Origin: an uncultured Solirubrobacterales bacterium
Lineage (GTDB): Bacteria > Actinomycetota > Thermoleophilia > Solirubrobacterales > 70-9
Direction: 5' to 3'
Assembly (NCBI GenBank): GCA_963805075.1
Contig: CAWDSZ010000001.1
Coordinates: 72,862-136,861, forward strand
Length of the DNA stretch: 64,000 nucleotides
Part shown: piece after piece, positions 59,530 to 64,000 of the stretch
Layout of the letters: each line of letters opens with the position of its first letter
Numbering within the stretch: position 1 is the first letter of the stretch
The notes under the pieces: generated by a model
Told to the model about the DNA's origin: nothing
Database searches by the model: none
What the model saw: the letters and a program-made list of their open reading frames with translations, nothing else
Made by a program: the position numbers and the translations under genes

Positions 59530-60399
59530 CAGCCCTTGCGCTCGTCCTCCTCGCCCATGAAGGCGCCGGAGCCCGCCATCCGCAGGTAGATCAGCACCAC
59601 GACCAGGATGGCCAGCATCATGATGAACGAGAGGGCCGCGGCCTCTGGATAGTTCCGCTGCTCCAGGTACAGCGACTGGATCACGTTTCCGATCATCGCG
59701 GTGCCCGTGCCGCCGAGGATCTCGGCGTTGATGTAGTCGCCCACCGCGGGGATGAAGGTGAGCAGCACCCCCGCGACGATCCCCGGGCGCGGTGATCGGG
59801 AGGGTCACCCGCAGGAAGGTCTGCACAGAGGACGCGTAGAGGTCCTTGCCCGCCTCGATCAGGCTGGTGTCGATCCGCTCCAGGCTGGCGTAGATCGGCA
59901 GGATCATGAAGGGCAGGAAGTTGTAGGTGAGGCCCGCGATCACGGCGCCGCCGGTGGCGAGCACACGCCCGTCCTCGGGCACCAGCTGCAGCGTCTGCAG
60001 CACCGAGACGACCGGGCTGTCGTCGGAGAGAATCGTCTTCCAGGCGATCGTCCGGATCAGATAGGTGGTGAAGAACGGCGCCACCACCGCGAACAACAGC
60101 AGCAGCTTCCAGCGTCCCGCCTTGAGCGCGATCGCATACGCGAGCGGGTAGGCGATCAACAGCGCGATCAGCGTTGCGGTCCCGGCGTAGACGAAAGAGC
60201 GCACCAGCTGGTCGGTGTTGCCAGAGAGCGCGTCCGAGAAGTTGGAGAGCTCGAAGGCGGACTGGAACCCGGTGTTGAAGGTGCCCGACCGAAGCGCCAG
60301 CTCCCCCATGAAGTACATGGGGACGACGAAGAACAGCGCCAGCCAGATCGCGCCCGGGCCGAGCAGCCAATACGGGATGAGGCGCCGGCGGAGGGTCAT
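59529..60399 (-). CDS. potB: Spermidine/putrescine ABC transporter permease (1-nt insertion at C4/G4 run 59781-59784)
   Basis: The N-terminal 200 aa are in ORF 58648..60399 (..LIEAGKDLYASSVQTFLRVTLP..). The tail is in ORF 59529..59768 (LLTFIPAVGDYINAEILGG..). Removing one G restores ..APGIVAGVLLTFIPAVGD... Confidence 0.85.
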
Positions 60400-60451
60400 C
60401 GGATGTCAGTCATGACGTCATCCATGTCCGCTCCGCCGGCGTTCCCCGAAC

Positions 60452-61594
60452 CTACTGGGTGATCACGGCCTGGAAGGCCTCGATCACCTCTTGTACGTCC
60501 TCCTCGCTGCCGGGCGGGTCCGGCTGCGTGGAGCAATCCGCCGTGAAATCGTCGGGCGGGTTGACGAGCACGTTCTCGGCCAGCGACGGATCGACCTCCT
60601 CGACCCCCTGGACCGGGCTCACGTACTGGACGTACGCGGAGATGTCCGCCTGGACCTTGGGGTCATAGACGAAGTCCGCCCACGCCAGCGCCGCTGCCGT
60701 GTTCGGCGCCCCGACCGGGATCACCATGTTGTCCGACCAGATGATGCAGCCGTCGGTGGGCATCCGCCACTCGACGTCCGGGTTCGAGATCAGCCCGACA
60801 TCGCCGGACCAGCCGATGGACGCAACGACGTTGCCGTTGTCGAGGTCCTGGACGTAGTCGTTGCCGGTGAAGCGCCGGAGCTGGCCTGAGTCGACGGCCT
60901 CCTGGAGCTTCTCGATCTGCGCCAGCCAATCCTCCTTGGTCGCGTCGGCGGGGTCGATCCCGTCGGCCTTCATCATCAGCGGGACCGTGTCGCGCATCTC
61001 GGTCAGCACGGTGACCTTGCCCTTGTACTGCGGGTCGAACAGGTCGTTGACCGACTTGATGTCGGGAGCCTCCGCCTTGTTCACGAGCAGGCCGGTCATG
61101 CCGCTCTGCCACGGGATCGAGAACTTGCGCTCCGGATCGAAGTCCGGGCTGCGCAGGCTCTCCTTCAGGTTGGCGTCGACGTTGGGTACGTCCGCGTAGT
61201 CGATCTCCTGCAGGTAGCCCAGGTCATACATCTGCTTGGCCATGTAGTCGGTGACCACGAACATGTCACGGCCGCCGGACTCGCCCTGGTCGAGCAGGGG
61301 CTGGACCTTGCCGAAGAACTCGACGTTGTCGTTGATGTCCTCGGTGTAGTTGACCGTGGTGCCCGGATACTTGGCCTCGAACTCCTCGATCGTGCTGCCC
61401 TCGCCCTTGTCGATGTAGCCGACCCAGTTCGAGATGTTGAGCTCGCCCTCTACCGGCCCGGCCTTGGCGACCTCGACTTCGGCATCGCTGCCTCCGCCGA
61501 CCTCATCGTCGCCGCCGCAGGCGGCAAGCGCGACCGCTGCGGCCAGAGCGACACATGCCGCCAGCAACGCCCGCAGGCTTCTTTGGGTCCTCAC
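60452..61594 (-). CDS. potD: Spermidine/putrescine-binding lipoprotein
   Basis: Lipobox ..AVALAACGG. It shows PotD/PotF-type periplasmic binding protein features (..LNISNWVGYI.., ..IPWQSGMTGL.., ..IWSDNMVIP..). Confidence 0.85.
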   Translation of the reverse strand: MRTQRSLRALLAACVALAAAVALAACGGDDEVGGGSDAEVEVAKAGPVEGELNISNWVGYIDKGEGSTIEEFEAKYPGTTVNYTEDINDNVEFFGKVQPLLDQGESGGRDMFVVTDYMAKQMYDLGYLQEIDYADVPNVDANLKESLRSPDFDPERKFSIPWQSGMTGLLVNKAEAPDIKSVNDLFDPQYKGKVTVLTEMRDTVPLMMKADGIDPADATKEDWLAQIEKLQEAVDSGQLRRFTGNDYVQDLDNGNVVASIGWSGDVGLISNPDVEWRMPTDGCIIWSDNMVIPVGAPNTAAALAWADFVYDPKVQADISAYVQYVSPVQGVEEVDPSLAENVLVNPPDDFTADCSTQPDPPGSEEDVQEVIEAFQAVITQ

Positions 61595-62745
61595 GTCTGG
61601 TCCTCCTTGTCGTTCGTTGGTCCCGCCTCCTCCGCAGGGCTCTCGCGCACGATGTGCATGTGCTCGGGCGCCCAGGACAGCTTTACATTCGCTCCCCCTC
61701 CCGGCAGCTTCTGGCGATCAGCCTCGTCGGCGTTCGGCACCAGCACGGTCATCCTGACCTCGCCGGGGAGTTGCACGATCATCTGGGTCGCGGTGCCCAG
61801 GTACAGCGAGCTCTCGACCAGGCCGTCGACGCTCGGGTGTCCCCGCCCGCCGTCGCCGATCTCGAGCTTCTCCGGGCGCACCACCGCGTAGCAGCGCTCG
61901 CCCGCCTTCAAGTCGTTGACCTTCGCCTTGACATTGACGCCGCTGTCCAGCTCGACCTCGCCGGCGGCGCCGCCCTTCTTGACGGACCCGGGCATCAGAT
62001 TGGAGACGCCGATGAAGCCTGCGACGAATGTCGAGGCCGGCTTCTCGTACACCTGCTCGGGGTGGTCCACCTGCTCGATGCGGCCGTGGTTCATGACCGC
62101 GATCCGGTCCGACATCGTCAGCGCCTCCTCCTGGTCGTGGGTCACGTAGACGAACGTGATTCCCACCTCGCGCTGGATCTGCTTCAGCTGCACCTGCAGC
62201 CCCTTGCGGAGCTTCAGGTCGAGCGCGCCGAGGGGCTCGTCCAGCAGCAGGACCTTCGGCAGGTTGACCAGCGCCCGCGCCAGGGCCACGCGCTGCTGCT
62301 GGCCGCCGGAGAGCTGCGCGGGGCGGCGGTTGGCCTCGCGGGGGAGGCCCACGCGCTCGAGCTCCTCCTCGACCCGGCGCTTCACCTCGGCCTTGTCCAC
62401 GCCCTTTCGCTTCAGCCCGAAGGCGACGTTCTCGGACACGCTCAGGTGCGGGAACAGGGCGTAGCTCTGGAAGACGGTGTTGGTTGGCCGCCGGTAGGGA
62501 GGCAGGCCGACGACGTCGGCACCGTCGATCAGCACCTGGCCCTTGGTGGCCTCCTCGAAGCCCGCGACCATCCGCAGGGTGGTCGTCTTGCCGCATCCGC
62601 TCGGGCCCAGCAGCGTGAAGAACTCCCCCTCTCCGATCTCCAGGCTGAGCTGGTCAACGGCCGTGAGGTCTCCGAACTGCTTGGTGACGTCGCGAAGCTC
62701 GACGCTGGGCCGGCCGTTGCTCGCCTGATCGGGAGGAGGGGTCAT
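61591..62745 (-). CDS. potA: Spermidine/putrescine ABC transporter ATPase
   Basis: Walker A GPSGCGKTT, signature LSGGQQQRVALARAL, Walker B LLLDEPL, and a C-terminal TOBE-like domain. Confidence 0.92.
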   Translation of the reverse strand: MTPPPDQASNGRPSVELRDVTKQFGDLTAVDQLSLEIGEGEFFTLLGPSGCGKTTTLRMVAGFEEATKGQVLIDGADVVGLPPYRRPTNTVFQSYALFPHLSVSENVAFGLKRKGVDKAEVKRRVEEELERVGLPREANRRPAQLSGGQQQRVALARALVNLPKVLLLDEPLGALDLKLRKGLQVQLKQIQREVGITFVYVTHDQEEALTMSDRIAVMNHGRIEQVDHPEQVYEKPASTFVAGFIGVSNLMPGSVKKGGAAGEVELDSGVNVKAKVNDLKAGERCYAVVRPEKLEIGDGGRGHPSVDGLVESSLYLGTATQMIVQLPGEVRMTVLVPNADEADRQKLPGGGANVKLSWAPEHMHIVRESPAEEAGPTNDKEDQT

Positions 62746-63133
62746 CCGTCTTGTCTCACAGGGAAATCTATCCCTATCGCGGTCTCTACTCGGCTCCGCC
62801 GGCCACCGCGGGCGCCTCCTGGAAGACCCGCGGGTCGGCGACCTCGCACATCGGGAGCCTTGACCTCGGGGGCCTGCCCGCAGCTTGCGCCAATCCTCTC
62901 TCCTCCTCCTCGTCGATGCGGTCGGCCCCTCTGTCCCAATGGGCCGGCGCGCGGTGGACAGTAAGGCACCGGCAGAAGGAACCGCAACCTGCAGATGCCC
63001 AAAAATGCGATCCGATGGTTATACGATCAGTACAAGGCCGTTTCGCAAGCTTGACCTAAATCTCGCTTGCGGGAAAGGCTCCTCGCCTCTACGTTTGTGC
63101 GAAGCGTCGAAGCGTAAGAAGGAGGTAAAGGAG

Positions 63134-64000
63134 ATGGCTGCAACCCCCCAGACCGAGGCCCCCCCGGCCGCCGCCAACGCCGAGAATGCAGGAGCTGGCG
63201 CGCCGGCACCTGTGGATGCACTTCACCCGCATGGGGTCCTTCGACTCCGACCACGAGGTCCCGATCATCGTCAAGGGCGAGGGCTGCTACGTCTGGGACG
63301 CCCACGGCAACCGCTACCTGGACGCGCCTCTCCGCGCTCTTCTGTGTCAACGCCGGCCATGGGCGAGCCGAGATCGGCGAGGCGATGGCCGCGCAGGTAT
63401 CCGAGCTCGACTTCGTCACGATCTGGAGCTACGCACATCCGCGGGCTGTCGAGCTGGCGGAACGCATCGCCGGACTCGCCTCCGGGCGACCTGAACAGAG
63501 TCTTCTTCACCAACAGCGGCTCCGAGGCCGTCGAGTCCGCGGTCAAGCTTCGCGCGCAACTACTGCAGGCACCGGCCAGGGCGCAGAAGATGAAGCTGAT
63601 CGCGCGCGAGATCGCCTACCACGGCACCACCATGGGGGCGCTCGCCGCGACCGGCATGCCGCCGCTGCGGACCCCTTCGAGCCGCTGATGCCGGGCGGCG
63701 TCCACGTCCCCAACACCGGCAGCTATCGCTGGCCCGAGGATCGCGACCCGCTCTGGGCGGCGGACGCGATCGAGGAGAAGATCCTCTGGGAGGGACCGGA
63801 GACGGTCGCCGCGGTGATCCTCGAGCCGGTCCAGAACGCGGGCGGCTGCCTGCCCCCGCAGGACGGCTACTTCCAGCGCGTCCGCGAGATCTGCGACCGC
63901 CACGACGTGCTGCTGATCTCCGACGAGGTGATCTGCTCCTGGGGGCGCCTGGGCCACTACTTCGGCTGCGAGCGCTACGGCTACCAGCCCGACATCATCA
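63134..64000 (+). CDS. Class III (omega) aminotransferase, putrescine/GABA-aminotransferase-like; partial at window end, several frame changes
   Basis: The ATG at 63134 follows AAGGAGG. Segments in alternating frames are ELARRHLWMHFTRMG..IIVKGEGCYVWDAHGNRYLD, ..FTNSGSEAVESAVKL.., ..IAREIAYHGTTMGALA.. and ..AAVILEPVQNAGG..LLISDEVICSWGRLG. Confidence 0.8.

Noticed and set aside
62746-63133. A 388-bp divergent region between potA and the aminotransferase, considered as a possible riboswitch or leader.
   Set aside because: I could not match any known leader or riboswitch core by eye. Only short 5-bp inverted repeats are present.
63134-63188. The possibility that the strong-RBS ATG at 63134 starts a separate short leader peptide and that the aminotransferase starts at ATG 63186.
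   Set aside because: The ATG at 63186 has no Shine-Dalgarno, and the gene contains several other frame changes. A single indel near 63185 is the simpler explanation, but the leader-peptide option is not excluded.

Overview
Very GC-rich, gene-dense chromosomal segment with an actinobacterial signature: a dnaK-grpE-dnaJ-hspR operon, clpB, PIP-synthase and ino1 inositol-lipid genes, an LLM-type oxidoreductase and a SigB/F-type partner-switching module. I call about 65 protein genes, three tRNAs (Glu-UUC, Val-UAC, Asp-GUC), a few terminators and operator-like palindromes, and two repeat families. I saw no transposase, integrase, phage, CRISPR or rRNA signal. The observations most worth follow-up are these. 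(1) 16.2-21.4 kb holds a translationally coupled operon: Aur1/Ipt1-like PAP2 phosphotransferase, large polytopic membrane protein, second PAP2 paralog, CDP-alcohol phosphatidyltransferase, then inositol-1-phosphate synthase. (2) The next gene is a GT4 glycosyltransferase fused to a PHP phosphoesterase, a candidate for an unassigned inositol-phosphate dephosphorylation step. (3) A DnaG-like primase core lacks the zinc finger, has a degenerate TOPRIM and is fused to transmembrane helices; it is divergent from a PepSY-GT87-like membrane glycosyltransferase. (4) A 72-nt structured palindromic repeat occurs twice, plus one partial arm. (5) Six near-identical 138-bp tandem units encode a YWTD-type six-blade propeller with a Lys-rich tail. 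(6) A polyamine uptake/catabolism cluster is interrupted by an RsbV/RsbW/sigma module whose first Shine-Dalgarno sits inside a hairpin. Caveat: roughly 16 or more genes, including clpB and potB, are broken by single-base frame changes, several at short G/C runs. The sequence therefore probably carries indel errors. For those genes my coordinates span the joined frames, and no pseudogene claim is made.
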